Source of the DNA: an uncultured delta proteobacterium | GTDB lineage: Bacteria > Desulfobacterota > Binatia > UBA9968 | DNA: 64,000 nucleotides | Direction of reading: 5' to 3' | Assembly (NCBI GenBank): GCA_963737905.1 | Contig: CAVTUQ010000014.1 | Span: 121,953 to 185,952, forward strand | In this document: positions 28,931 to 38,308 of the stretch, piece after piece | Layout: the number at the start of each line of letters is the position of its first letter | Numbering within the stretch: position 1 is the stretch's first letter | The notes under the pieces: generated by a model | What the model saw: the letters and a program-made list of their open reading frames with translations, nothing else | What the model was told of the DNA's origin: nothing | Databases searched by the model: none | Position numbers and translations under genes: made by a program

Positions 28931-29230
28931 ATGGAGCTCCGCACCCACCCGCTTATGTCCTACCGCGGCCGTCCGAACTGGCCTCCCCGTTGGGTTTGGC
29001 TTGGTGGAAAGAAAAACGAGCGCCCGACAGGCGAAGTCGGTGTTCTGAAAGAGGTAAGCAAATACTCGCTTTTGTCGTCGGACGGTTTAACCCTGGTGAT
29101 AGAATATAATGAAAGCGCGTATATGGGTTTGCTGTTGTTTGACGATTTTGGAGTTTCCCGGAAGATCCACGATCTCTTCAAGACCCTTCGGGATCGCCCT
29201 ATCGCGGAAATTGGTAGCCTGGATATATAA
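28931..29230 (+). CDS. Small hypothetical protein (LRTHPLMSYRGRPNWPPRW family)
   Basis: Open frame from ATG 28931, ending IAEIGSLDI. Confidence 0.65.
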   Translation: MELRTHPLMSYRGRPNWPPRWVWLGGKKNERPTGEVGVLKEVSKYSLLSSDGLTLVIEYNESAYMGLLLFDDFGVSRKIHDLFKTLRDRPIAEIGSLDI

Positions 29231-29259
29231 GCCAACCAACTTTACATCTATCTGTCAGA

Positions 29260-29676
29260 TCATGTTCCGGTTTTCGCGATGACTCGTGGCTGGGATCTCT
29301 TTGGGTGGCTTCCATGTTCCGCTTGGGCAGAATGATTCTTGAGCTTTGCTTCCTTCCAGCACAGGAGCCCCTGACGTATGTAATCGGGATAGAGTTCTAA
29401 GGTTTCACAGATATTCTCAAAAGAGAAAAACCAATCACTATTTTTTTCCAGAATCCACTCTTCGGCTTCTTGAAATAATCTTTTTTCTCTCTCGCGCTGT
29501 GCAAGCGCATACTTCTGGAAACATTCAATCGCGCTATCCAGAACCGCAAGCATCAGCGCTTCTTCTCCCTCACGGATCTGTTTTTTGTACAGTTTCTCAA
29601 TCGCTCCACGGTCCACTGGATCGAGTGAAGACCATCCGTCAGTGAGGGATCTTTCATAATTGTTTCTTCTCAACAT
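29260..29676 (-). CDS. Hypothetical helical protein (LMLAVL..AIECFQKY..FSFENICETL family)
   Basis: 138-aa ORF; sigma-54-like TGGCATGACTTCTGCG at 29742-29757 upstream. Confidence 0.75.
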   Translation of the reverse strand: MLRRNNYERSLTDGWSSLDPVDRGAIEKLYKKQIREGEEALMLAVLDSAIECFQKYALAQREREKRLFQEAEEWILEKNSDWFFSFENICETLELYPDYIRQGLLCWKEAKLKNHSAQAEHGSHPKRSQPRVIAKTGT

Positions 29677-29973
29677 AGGTGTGGGTGCCTTTAAAGTGTG
29701 GGCATCTGCTTATGGCAGAATGTCAGCCCAAGCGACTCAAGCGCAGAAGTCATGCCATGGGCAACGACGACAGCCTGGCAAATTCTGTCCCGTCTTTTCA
29801 GTGCTGATCGCTTGGGAAAGCAGGCGGCTCGGACCCTGACCTGGGTCGCGATTTTCAAGACAGGCAAAGTTGCCGGAAATCGGTTTCCCGGCGCCGATGT
29901 TTCGGCTCTCCCTACAACCTTGACGGAATCACCAAAGCAGGGGACAATACGTCGCTAAGAACGGAGGCCCACA

Positions 29974-30270
29974 ATGCAGCTAAAATTTGCCATAGAAGAG
30001 GCGACGCCCTCGACGGCGCACAAGTCAACGGCCCAATACAGCATCGTGGCTTCTTGCAACAAATGCGCTGGAATGCATGACATGGGGATCTCTGTCACGA
30101 TGGAAAATGGCCCCGCCAGCAAGCAGAGCATCGGCGAACTCTATGATGGAAAAAGCCTTCCAAAATCCCTAGCAAACCTTACCCAAAATAGCGTTACATG
30201 CCCCAAGACCGGTAGGCAGTCTACCCAGAGAAACAACCATCAAATCTTTTTAGTGCCAACGAAGAATTGA
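29974..30270 (+). CDS. Small Cys-motif (zinc-ribbon-like) protein
   Basis: RBS GGAGG; CNKCAGMH...CPKTG. Confidence 0.7.
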   Translation: MQLKFAIEEATPSTAHKSTAQYSIVASCNKCAGMHDMGISVTMENGPASKQSIGELYDGKSLPKSLANLTQNSVTCPKTGRQSTQRNNHQIFLVPTKN

Positions 30271-30313
30271 TCGAACGCCCCGGTTCGTTATCGTTCCTTG
30301 CCGCCAGGGAGGC

Positions 30314-30547
30314 TTATCTATCGCGGTTGACCTGGTATTTGCGGACAGGTTTTATCGGAGTTCGCGCTTTCCCTCTGACAACCAGCGCCCAAGCAATCTG
30401 GTAATTGCAATGCTTGCACCAGCCGCTCACCGCCCGGATCGAAGAGCGGTATGAAAGTCGAGACACTATGACGCCGAAATAACCGGCGCACTTGGGACAG
30501 CTTCGGGCGAGATATCTTGCCGCTTGGGGTGCAGGAACGGTTTTCAT
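30314..30547 (-). CDS. Small zinc-ribbon protein
   Basis: CPKC...WCKHC pairs; ATG at 30547. Confidence 0.6.
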   Translation of the reverse strand: MKTVPAPQAARYLARSCPKCAGYFGVIVSRLSYRSSIRAVSGWCKHCNYQIAWALVVRGKARTPIKPVRKYQVNRDR

Positions 30548-30782
30548 ACGCAGGCAAGAGAGCAAAACGCACACCACAGGAAAAGTCTGGAAACGCGCCG
30601 CACTTTAGCGACAGAGTTAGAACAATTTGACAGCCTCTGGCGTCAAATTGTCAATCAATGGCAATATCGGGTCTTCTCTCTGGCTCGCTCAGCAAACGCG
30701 TAGATCTTTTCTCTTGCTGGAATCACAACTCGTTGCTGCTGCGAGAGGGAGAAGAAGAATAGTAAAGTATGTAAACCGAACG

Positions 30783-31154
30783 CTAAGGCAGGATGAACTT
30801 TTCTATCGTGGCTTTCATCAACTCCATTGAAACCGGCTTTTCCAAGTAATCCACCATTCCTATCCTCAGCACCTTTCCTTTCCACTGTCTGGAACTCCAA
30901 GCCGTTTGAGCAACGATCGGAATATGCGCCGTGTTGGGATTCCCTTTTACAGCCTTGGCGGCATCCATACCGGAGATATCAGGGAGATCGAGATCCATCA
31001 GGATCAGGTCGGGTTTTTCGGAAGTCGCCTTTTCTATTGCCTCTGCTCCATTTGCAGCCTCTATCGTGTCATAGCCGCAAAAACGCTTCAGTATGGCAAC
31101 AAGAATGGTTCGCGAGTCATCACGGTCTTCAACGACCAGGATTCTTTTGCTCAT
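30783..31154 (-). CDS. Single-domain response regulator (DivK/CheY-like)
   Basis: ILVVEDRDD, PDLILMDLDLPDISG, IPIVAQTA, YLEKP. Confidence 0.93.
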   Translation of the reverse strand: MSKRILVVEDRDDSRTILVAILKRFCGYDTIEAANGAEAIEKATSEKPDLILMDLDLPDISGMDAAKAVKGNPNTAHIPIVAQTAWSSRQWKGKVLRIGMVDYLEKPVSMELMKATIEKFILP

Positions 31155-31227
31155 GGAGTCGTTCTTCTATTAAGATCGAACCGCATCAGCGAGAATTTGA
31201 GCGCTCCTGACACGAGCGCGGGTTACA

Positions 31228-31914
31228 CTAGGATTGCGCCAATTCCTTTGCCCCGACAACGATGATCGCGGTGTCTTTAGTCGGCATCTCCAACACCGTC
31301 ATGAAGATGTGAGGCATACCTTCCATGCGAATGCCTTGAGTGATCTCGACAGAAATTCCTACCTTCAGCGGTTGCGCGATTTTAACCGCCTTGACTTGGC
31401 TGTTCGGTGACGTCCCGGTCACTTCGAATACGATGGCGTCGTTGGTTATTTGGAGAATTTTCAGCTCGAGCTGATTTTCGCCTTTGACCGAATAATTGAA
31501 AACAAACTGTTGCGTTGATTGACCCGCGAGACTTATGGGTCGTATGGATGGATTTCTAAACCCCAGGGCAGCCGCCTTCGACCGATAGAGGTTCGTTTCG
31601 AGAGACACCACTCTTTCGGTTAGGTTACTGGTTCTCTCTTCTAATTTCGCCAAGAGAACTTTTGCGTCGGCAAGCGCTGTGCTTGCATCCTGGGTAGCGG
31701 GGAGGTTTTTTTTCTTCGCTTGAGCACGAATTAGGACGTCATTGTTTACATACCCGTAGAATAGCGAAACGATGCCTATAGTCGCTGCGACCAGGAGACC
31801 GGCGGCGGTCACATACTTTAGAATATTTAGTTTTTTACGGGCCTGTGGGGACCTCGCCTGGTCGTGAAGAAACTCGGGCGGATCGAACTCAAACTCTACT
31901 TCCGGCTGGCTCAT
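31228..31914 (-). CDS. Hypothetical single-pass membrane protein with coiled coil and beta-rich C-domain
   Basis: TM segment YVTAAGLLVAATIGIVSLFYG; RBS GAGG. Confidence 0.7.
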   Translation of the reverse strand: MSQPEVEFEFDPPEFLHDQARSPQARKKLNILKYVTAAGLLVAATIGIVSLFYGYVNNDVLIRAQAKKKNLPATQDASTALADAKVLLAKLEERTSNLTERVVSLETNLYRSKAAALGFRNPSIRPISLAGQSTQQFVFNYSVKGENQLELKILQITNDAIVFEVTGTSPNSQVKAVKIAQPLKVGISVEITQGIRMEGMPHIFMTVLEMPTKDTAIIVVGAKELAQS

Positions 31915-31946
31915 AGCAACACCTCGCAGGCTCCAGTTCCCAGGTG

Positions 31947-31962
31947 AGCAATGGCAATGCCA
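31947..31962 (-). promoter_or_regulatory. Putative sigma-54 promoter
   Basis: Minus strand TGGCATTGCCATTGCT, ~33 bp upstream of ATG 31914. Confidence 0.6.
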
Positions 31963-32220
31963 GGGTGCAAGGTATCGTTTTTCTTGAGAAAAGGAAGGGA
32001 ACTTGAGAAGATTTTGGACAAAAATGTGAACTAATGGACAGAAAGGGCCAGAATTCTCGCCGCCTTTCTGTTGAGATTCAACTTTATCCGATGTTCCACC
32101 TTGATCATTCCTCGTTTTGGTCCTTAGCTATAACTATAGTCAAAGGCGGGAGTAACGAAGTCATGGACTTCGGAGGCATTGTAGCTCAAGGCCTCCACGA
32201 ATTAACGCTTGAATAAGGAC

Positions 32221-32907
32221 TTATCCGGGTGGCTCTATATTTTTCTTTTGCTCCAACCATTTCTCCAGATAGCGCCCTGCCACATCGCGTCCCCCCAAAC
32301 CAAAAGCCAAGGCAAGCGCGAGACAAACCGCGCCGAAGACCAAGATGAATGCCCAGATCACAATCTCCGAGGCGATATCCAGAATCTCAAAGATACCCGC
32401 CACGACAAAAATAACTGTCCCCAGGTAGGCCACCCGGCCGATCGAAGCCGCTTGCTCTAGTCCTGCGTTAGCACAAGAAGTTCGAACGACCGTGTCAAGA
32501 AAATTCGCGAAATACAGCCCGAGAATCAGCACTACGAGGGCGGCGACGATCTTCGGAATATATAGATAGATCGTGTGTAGGGTATCGGTGGCCCCGCTAA
32601 GGTTAAGGGTTTCCAAAGTGGTTACGATGGCGATCAAAAAAAGAAACCAAAAGACCAGCAGCCCGACGATGTCGGAGGCCGTTTGTTTGATTCCGCCCCG
32701 TTCAAGCGCGTGCTTGATACCCGCACGATCGGCAAGTGTATCGAACTGGCATACCCTGAGGACGCGCACAACGATTCTTTTGATGATGTTGCAGAAGGCC
32801 CAGCCCACTACGATGAGAGCCACAGAAAACAAAAGGTTCGGCAAAAACACGGCTATCTTGGTGACAAAGGCATCCCAAAAGCCGGTCACGGTAACCACGG
32901 GATTCAT
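32221..32907 (-). CDS. CmpX-like / MscS TM-helix repeat membrane protein
   Basis: FLPNL, YIPKIVAA, ALALAFGLGGRD motifs; RBS AAGGAGG. Confidence 0.85.
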   Translation of the reverse strand: MNPVVTVTGFWDAFVTKIAVFLPNLLFSVALIVVGWAFCNIIKRIVVRVLRVCQFDTLADRAGIKHALERGGIKQTASDIVGLLVFWFLFLIAIVTTLETLNLSGATDTLHTIYLYIPKIVAALVVLILGLYFANFLDTVVRTSCANAGLEQAASIGRVAYLGTVIFVVAGIFEILDIASEIVIWAFILVFGAVCLALALAFGLGGRDVAGRYLEKWLEQKKNIEPPG

Positions 32908-33097
32908 AGTTTCCTCCTTGGCAGCGGGCTCGCTGATTGAAATTACTAAATAGGGGTCTCGCGCAAAAATTGTCAACCCTTACGCAATACAAGGCAGCCG
33001 CCGCCGTGACCGGCACTTGAATCCGAGACGAGCGACAACTATATTCGGTCAACTCCTTTTCCGTCAGTTCGATATTTGCACTCTTAGGAAATTCACG

Positions 33098-33815
33098 TTG
33101 CACCTTACCGTTCGCCAACTCGCGAAAGCCTATGGACTACTGTGGGCGCTTAGGGATGTCAGTTTTGACTTGCCGGCCGGAGAAATCGTAGCTTTGCTAG
33201 GGCCTAACGGGGCGGGCAAGACCTCGCTGCTGAAGCTTCTCGCCGGGCTGATTTCTCCGACCACGGGCGAGATCGTTCTCGACGGCTCGAACTTTAGCCG
33301 CACGGCCACCGTTCAACGGTCAGCTATAGGATTCTTGGCTCCCGGCGAGCATCTTTATGAAAACTTGACGGTGCGTGAAAATCTCGTTTTCTTCACTTCC
33401 CTTTACAAAAAGACCCAAGCGATCGCTCATATCGATTTCACTCTGGAGGAGGTCGGCCTGAAGCACCGTTCCGAAGAATACGTCGCCGCACTTTCCAGTG
33501 GGATGAAATGCCGTCTTTCTATCGCTAAATGGAAACTCCTTCGAGCCCGGACTGTTGCTGCTCGATGAGCCCTACGGCGTCTTGGACGGTAGCGGCATCG
33601 ATCTGTTGGAGAGCTTCTTGAGAGCGCAGCGTCATAAAGGAAGTGTCACTATTATCGCCTCGCATCATGTGGCCCGGGTGCTGAACCTATGTACGCGCGC
33701 AGTGATCCTTCACCAAGGAAGATTAACCTTTAACGAGGCCCGCCAGCAGCCCTGGGATAGCTTTGCGCATGCCTTTGGAGAATTCCTGCCCCACGGGGAG
33801 TCATGGACTTCCTAA
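33098..33815 (+). CDS. ccmA: Heme exporter ATP-binding subunit (frameshift near 33550)
   Basis: GPNGAGKT Walker A, LSSGM signature; LLLDEP Walker B in the next frame; first gene of the ccm operon. Confidence 0.88.
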
Positions 33816-34480
33816 GCCAAATTTTCCTGCTGCTCAAAAAGGATCTCCTTTTGGAGATGCGCCGGCGGGAAAGTCTCTTGACTATGTTTTTTTTCGGCAC
33901 GCTGCTGCTATTCGTTTTTCATTTTTCTTTCGATCTCGTGCCCGAACGGGTGGCGGAGATGGCGCCGGCTCTGCTCTGGCTGGCGTTTCTCTTCACCGGC
34001 ACATTGGGACTCGGGCAACTTTTCGAGGGCGAGCGTGACAACCATTGCCTCGAGGCCCTGTTGCTTTCGCCCATGGATCGCGGCGCACTTTTTCTCGCCA
34101 AAACGGGCTTCAATTTTATCCTGATGGTCCTCGTGGAAATCGTCGTCATTCCTCTGTTCTGGATTCTCTTCAACCTTCGATCCTGGGATGTTATTCCTTT
34201 GCTGTTTCTCGTCACTTTGCTAGGAACCGTCGGTTTCTGCGTCTTAGGCACCCTGTTATCGGCGGTCACTCTAAAGTCGAGAGCCCGGGAGCTTTTGCTG
34301 CCCTTGGTGTTGTTCCCGCTTATGATCCCCGTGATCTTGGGGACGATTCGCTGCATGGAGGCCGTCCTTCGCGCCGGCGAACTTGGCGATGCGTTACCCT
34401 GGTTGCGTCTTTTAGTGGGATTTGATGTGATATTTCTGACAGCGGGAGTCTTGATTTTTGATTGGGTTATCGAAGTCTAA
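33803..34480 (+). CDS. ccmB: Heme exporter permease CcmB
   Basis: KDLLLEMR, FEGERDNHCLEALLLSP, LLLPLVLFPLMIP. Confidence 0.93.
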   Translation: MDFLSQIFLLLKKDLLLEMRRRESLLTMFFFGTLLLFVFHFSFDLVPERVAEMAPALLWLAFLFTGTLGLGQLFEGERDNHCLEALLLSPMDRGALFLAKTGFNFILMVLVEIVVIPLFWILFNLRSWDVIPLLFLVTLLGTVGFCVLGTLLSAVTLKSRARELLLPLVLFPLMIPVILGTIRCMEAVLRAGELGDALPWLRLLVGFDVIFLTAGVLIFDWVIEV

Positions 34481-34482
34481 CT

Positions 34483-35187
34483 ATGGCTGAAATCTCGAAC
34501 ACCGCGCGCAACAGCAAAGGTTATCTCGGTGCGTTGGCTTTGATCAGTGTTCTATTCGGGCTCTACTGGGGGCTATTTCGGGCGCCGCCCGACGCCTACC
34601 AGGGCGAAGTGCAGCGCATCATGTATCTCCATATCCCAAGCATTCTGACAGCCTATCTGTCCTTCTTCCTGGTTTTCATCGGAAGTTGCCTCTATTTATG
34701 GAAAAGAGAAAAAAGGGATGATATTTTGGCTTATTCCGCCGCGGAGATCGGCGTTTTGTTCACTTTACTGACGATCATCGAGGGTTCGATTTGGGGTAAA
34801 CCCACCTGGGGGGTTTGGTGGACATGGGATGCACGATTGACCCTGACGGCGATCTTGCTTTTGATTTTTGCCGGATATCTTATGTTGCGATCACTCACCG
34901 AAGATGAAAATCGCGCGGCCTCCGCTGCCGCCGTGTTGGGGATTATCGGTTTCCTCGACATTCCCTTGATCCACATGTCCGTCTACTGGTGGCGCACCTT
35001 GCATCAGCCACCGTCCATCCTGCGCCCGGACAAGGCCCCGTGGGATAACGTTCATCCAGCGATGCTGACCGCCCTTGCGATCAACTTCGTCGGCTTTATG
35101 CTCCTGTACTTTTACTTGCTCTCTCAGCGTTTCCGGCTTGGAGAAACAAGGGAAAAAATCAAGGCGCGCTTGCTCAGGGACAACTGA
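34483..35187 (+). CDS. ccmC: Heme exporter CcmC
   Basis: RIMYLHIP, WGKPTWGVWWTWDARLT (WWD domain), WWRTLHQ. Confidence 0.96.
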   Translation: MAEISNTARNSKGYLGALALISVLFGLYWGLFRAPPDAYQGEVQRIMYLHIPSILTAYLSFFLVFIGSCLYLWKREKRDDILAYSAAEIGVLFTLLTIIEGSIWGKPTWGVWWTWDARLTLTAILLLIFAGYLMLRSLTEDENRAASAAAVLGIIGFLDIPLIHMSVYWWRTLHQPPSILRPDKAPWDNVHPAMLTALAINFVGFMLLYFYLLSQRFRLGETREKIKARLLRDN

Positions 35188-35342
35188 TGGGCGCGTGGGG
35201 ATTTGTCTTTTTAGCTTATGGGATTGTTTGGGGTGCGATCTTGATTTACTGGCTTGCGCTCAAGCGCCGGCTTCGCCGCGCGGAGACGGAACTGGCGCAA
35301 TTGGGGAACCCTCAGGAGTCACAAAAAAATGCGCAAACGTAG
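35187..35342 (+). CDS. ccmD: Heme exporter CcmD
   Basis: 51-aa ORF (not in the track) MGAWGFVFLAYGIVWGAILIYWLALKRRLRR, coupled by overlapping stop/start between ccmC and ccmE. Confidence 0.85.
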   Translation: MGAWGFVFLAYGIVWGAILIYWLALKRRLRRAETELAQLGNPQESQKNAQT

Positions 35343-35775
35343 GCGTTTCATCATTGGCGGTTTGATCATTCTCGCCGCTCTCGCCTACATCATATATGGC
35401 GGCATGCAGCAGGCTATCGTCTATTTCGTTACGCCGTCGGAATTGAAGGCCAAGGAGAGCGCTTCCAACGACAAGTTTTTGCGCATGGGCGGGATGGTGG
35501 TCGCGGGATCGCTGCAAAAAGACGTCAAGAATCTCACCTATCGTTTTGACTTGACCGACGGCAGCACATCTTTCCCGGTTTTCTTCCGTGGCGTACCCCC
35601 GGACCTCTTCACCGAAGGAAAAGGCGCAGTGGTGGAGGGTCGCATCGGTGCCGATGGCGTCTTTCAGGCTACCACCATTATGGCCAAGCATGCCGAAGAA
35701 TACAGTCCCCACATCGAGGGTAAGGACGGCTATCCGAAAAGCTTTGTCCCTGGAAAAGAGTCGACCCCGCAGTGA
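35329..35775 (+). CDS. ccmE: Heme chaperone CcmE
   Basis: YFVTPSE, RMGGMV, GVPPDLFTEG, AKHAEEY (HxxxY). Confidence 0.96.
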   Translation: MRKRRRFIIGGLIILAALAYIIYGGMQQAIVYFVTPSELKAKESASNDKFLRMGGMVVAGSLQKDVKNLTYRFDLTDGSTSFPVFFRGVPPDLFTEGKGAVVEGRIGADGVFQATTIMAKHAEEYSPHIEGKDGYPKSFVPGKESTPQ

Positions 35776-37733
35776 CCGCTACTCTCGGCCATACTTCCAT
35801 CCTCCTGGCCTTGCTGTTCGCGGTCTGGGGAATTGTCAGCCCGATTCTCGGCGCTCGGGGCGATCACCGGCGCTACGCGGTCTCCACTCGCCTCGCCATT
35901 CTGGCGCAATTCGTCTTGGTTACGTTGGCAGCGGCCTCCTTGATCTACGCCCTCGTCACGACGGACTTCTCGATCCGCTATGTGGCGTTCAACACGACGC
36001 GGGCAACTCCGGTTTACTATCGTGTCACTGGTTTGTGGGGCGCCCTCGAAGGTTCGCTGCTGCTTTGGGAGTGGATTCTCATTATCTTCTCCGGCCTAGT
36101 GGCCTGGATCTACCGTGACCGTCAACCTGAAACGATGCCATGGGTGCTGATGATCTTTTCCATCGTCTCCGCCTTCTTTCTTGTCGTCGTCGCCTTCGTT
36201 TCCAATCCTTTCGAAACTATCTCGCCGGTGCCGCTGGACGGCCGCGGTCTCAATCCGTTGCTTGAAGACGCCAATATGATGACCCACCCGCCGCTTCTCT
36301 ACACCGGTTTCGTCGGGCTCACGGTACCCTATGCCTTCGCCATGGCGGCATTGATTCGTGGCAAACTCGATGAGGCCTGGATCGTTGCCACCCGGCGCTG
36401 GACCATCACGGCTTGGTTCTTCCTGACGGCCGGTAATCTCGTGGGGGCTTGGTGGTCCTATCATGTCCTCGGCTGGGGCGGCTATTGGGCGTGGGATCCG
36501 GTGGAGAATGCCGCCTTCATGCCCTGGCTGCCGGCCACTGCTTTTCTCCATTCGGTACAGGTTCAAGAGCGCCGGCGGATGCTTAAAGTTTGGAACCTCT
36601 CGTTAATTATCATCGCCTTCGCCTTGACGATCTTCGGAACTTTTCTAACGCGATCGGGAATCCTGTCTTCGATTCATGCTTTTTCCTCCGGACCTGTCGG
36701 GGGTGTTTTTCTCGGATTTCTTTCTTTTGTGTTGCTCGCATCCTTTGGCCTCTTGGCCTTTCGGGCCGACCTCCTTAGAGGACAGCCGGAAGTCGATTCC
36801 ATGGTCAGCCGGGAGTCGGCCTTTCTTTTGAACAACATCGTTCTGGTATCGGCCCTCTTTACCATCTTTCTCGGGACAATTTTTCCCTTGCTCTCGGAGG
36901 CGATCGCCGGCACGCAGGTCAGCGTCGGCGCGCCCTACTTTAACTCGGTCATTGTGCCATTGTTTCTTTTGCTGGTTTTTCTCATGGGCGTGGGGCCGAT
37001 GATCGCCTGGCGCAAGGCCTCCTGGGACAACCTCAAACGGAACTTTCTCTGGCCGGCTTCGGGTGCACTCCTTTTAGGGGTCGCATTGTTTTTCTGGAGG
37101 GTCCGAGACTTCTTACCGCTGCTGGGGTTCACTTTGCTGGCTTTCGTGGCTCTTACAATCTTTTATGATACCGCACTGGCTTTGCGTGCGCGCCGCCGCA
37201 TCGCCGGCGAAGGTATGATTGCCGGGTTGGTAACGCTGGCGAGACGCAACCAACGCCGTTACGGAGGTCTGGTCATCCATCTCGGCGTCGTATTGGTTGT
37301 CCTGGGTATTGCCGGCTCCATGACTTACAGTGTCGAACGCGAGGCCACGATGAACCTCAAAGAGAACTTGAATATAGGTCACTATGTTATTAAATTTGAA
37401 GGTCTCAAAGGTTCACAGCAACCGACGCACTTTCGCGTCGAGGGCTTGTTCCGGGTGTTCCATCAAGGCGAGGAATGGGGCGTCCTATCGCCGGCCTTGA
37501 AGTTTTTTCCATCGCAGCAAGCGCCGGTTGGACGCGCCGTGCACCGAAGCACGATTAGCGACGACCTCTATCTGATCCTGTCAGGCTTCAGCGAGTTGGA
37601 CAAAAACCAAGCCACATTGAAAGTATTGGTTCGTCCTCTGGTTATGTGGATCTGGATCGGCGGATTTGTCATCGCCCTGGGAACCCTGCTTGCAATCCTG
37701 CCGCTGGGAAGAACTTCGCCGGAGGAAGCTTAA
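35772..37733 (+). CDS. ccmF: Cytochrome c heme lyase CcmF
   Basis: WGALEGSLLLW, GLNPLL, HPPLLY, WGGYWAWDPVEN, TRSGILSSIHAF. Confidence 0.97.
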   Translation: MTATLGHTSILLALLFAVWGIVSPILGARGDHRRYAVSTRLAILAQFVLVTLAAASLIYALVTTDFSIRYVAFNTTRATPVYYRVTGLWGALEGSLLLWEWILIIFSGLVAWIYRDRQPETMPWVLMIFSIVSAFFLVVVAFVSNPFETISPVPLDGRGLNPLLEDANMMTHPPLLYTGFVGLTVPYAFAMAALIRGKLDEAWIVATRRWTITAWFFLTAGNLVGAWWSYHVLGWGGYWAWDPVENAAFMPWLPATAFLHSVQVQERRRMLKVWNLSLIIIAFALTIFGTFLTRSGILSSIHAFSSGPVGGVFLGFLSFVLLASFGLLAFRADLLRGQPEVDSMVSRESAFLLNNIVLVSALFTIFLGTIFPLLSEAIAGTQVSVGAPYFNSVIVPLFLLLVFLMGVGPMIAWRKASWDNLKRNFLWPASGALLLGVALFFWRVRDFLPLLGFTLLAFVALTIFYDTALALRARRRIAGEGMIAGLVTLARRNQRRYGGLVIHLGVVLVVLGIAGSMTYSVEREATMNLKENLNIGHYVIKFEGLKGSQQPTHFRVEGLFRVFHQGEEWGVLSPALKFFPSQQAPVGRAVHRSTISDDLYLILSGFSELDKNQATLKVLVRPLVMWIWIGGFVIALGTLLAILPLGRTSPEEA

Positions 37734-37734
37734 A

Positions 37735-38301
37735 ATGCCGTGGCGGCGGCTCGCTATTACGGTCTTGATTATCTCGCCGGTTCTCTGGCTGCTTGCTTTC
37801 GGTTTTACGCGCGACGCCCGTTACATCACCTCGCCTTTGGTGGCCAAAGAGGCCTCGCCGTTTGCTGTGACCCTTTTCGATGGCCGCAAAATCAGCCTCA
37901 GCGAGCTGCGCGGCAAAGCGATCTTTCTAAATTTCTGGGCCTCCTGGTGCACCCCTTGCCGAGAAGAGGCAAAGGACCTCGAAGCTGCCTGGCAGCGCAT
38001 CAAAGACAAGAATATGGTTTTTCTCGGCATTGCGCTTCAAGACACGGAGAAAGATTCCCGCGCCTTTATTCAAGAATTCAACATCAGTTATCCCAACGGC
38101 CGGGACGAAACCGGGAAAATTGCGGTTGATTACGGCGTGTGGGGTATTCCCGAGAGTTTCTTTATCGACCCGCAGGGACGCATTACCTATAAGCATGTCG
38201 GCGGCATTCGCCCCCCTCTGGTTACCGCCAAGCTGGAAGAAGCTGCGCGCGGCATTGTCACCGCCAAAGAAGGCAAGGAAGATTACCAACCCATTCACTG
38301 A
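37735..38301 (+). CDS. ccmG: Thiol:disulfide oxidoreductase, CcmG/TlpA family
   Basis: NFWASWCTPC, YGVWGIPESFFID. Confidence 0.9.
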   Translation: MPWRRLAITVLIISPVLWLLAFGFTRDARYITSPLVAKEASPFAVTLFDGRKISLSELRGKAIFLNFWASWCTPCREEAKDLEAAWQRIKDKNMVFLGIALQDTEKDSRAFIQEFNISYPNGRDETGKIAVDYGVWGIPESFFIDPQGRITYKHVGGIRPPLVTAKLEEAARGIVTAKEGKEDYQPIH

Positions 38302-38308
38302 TTATTTC

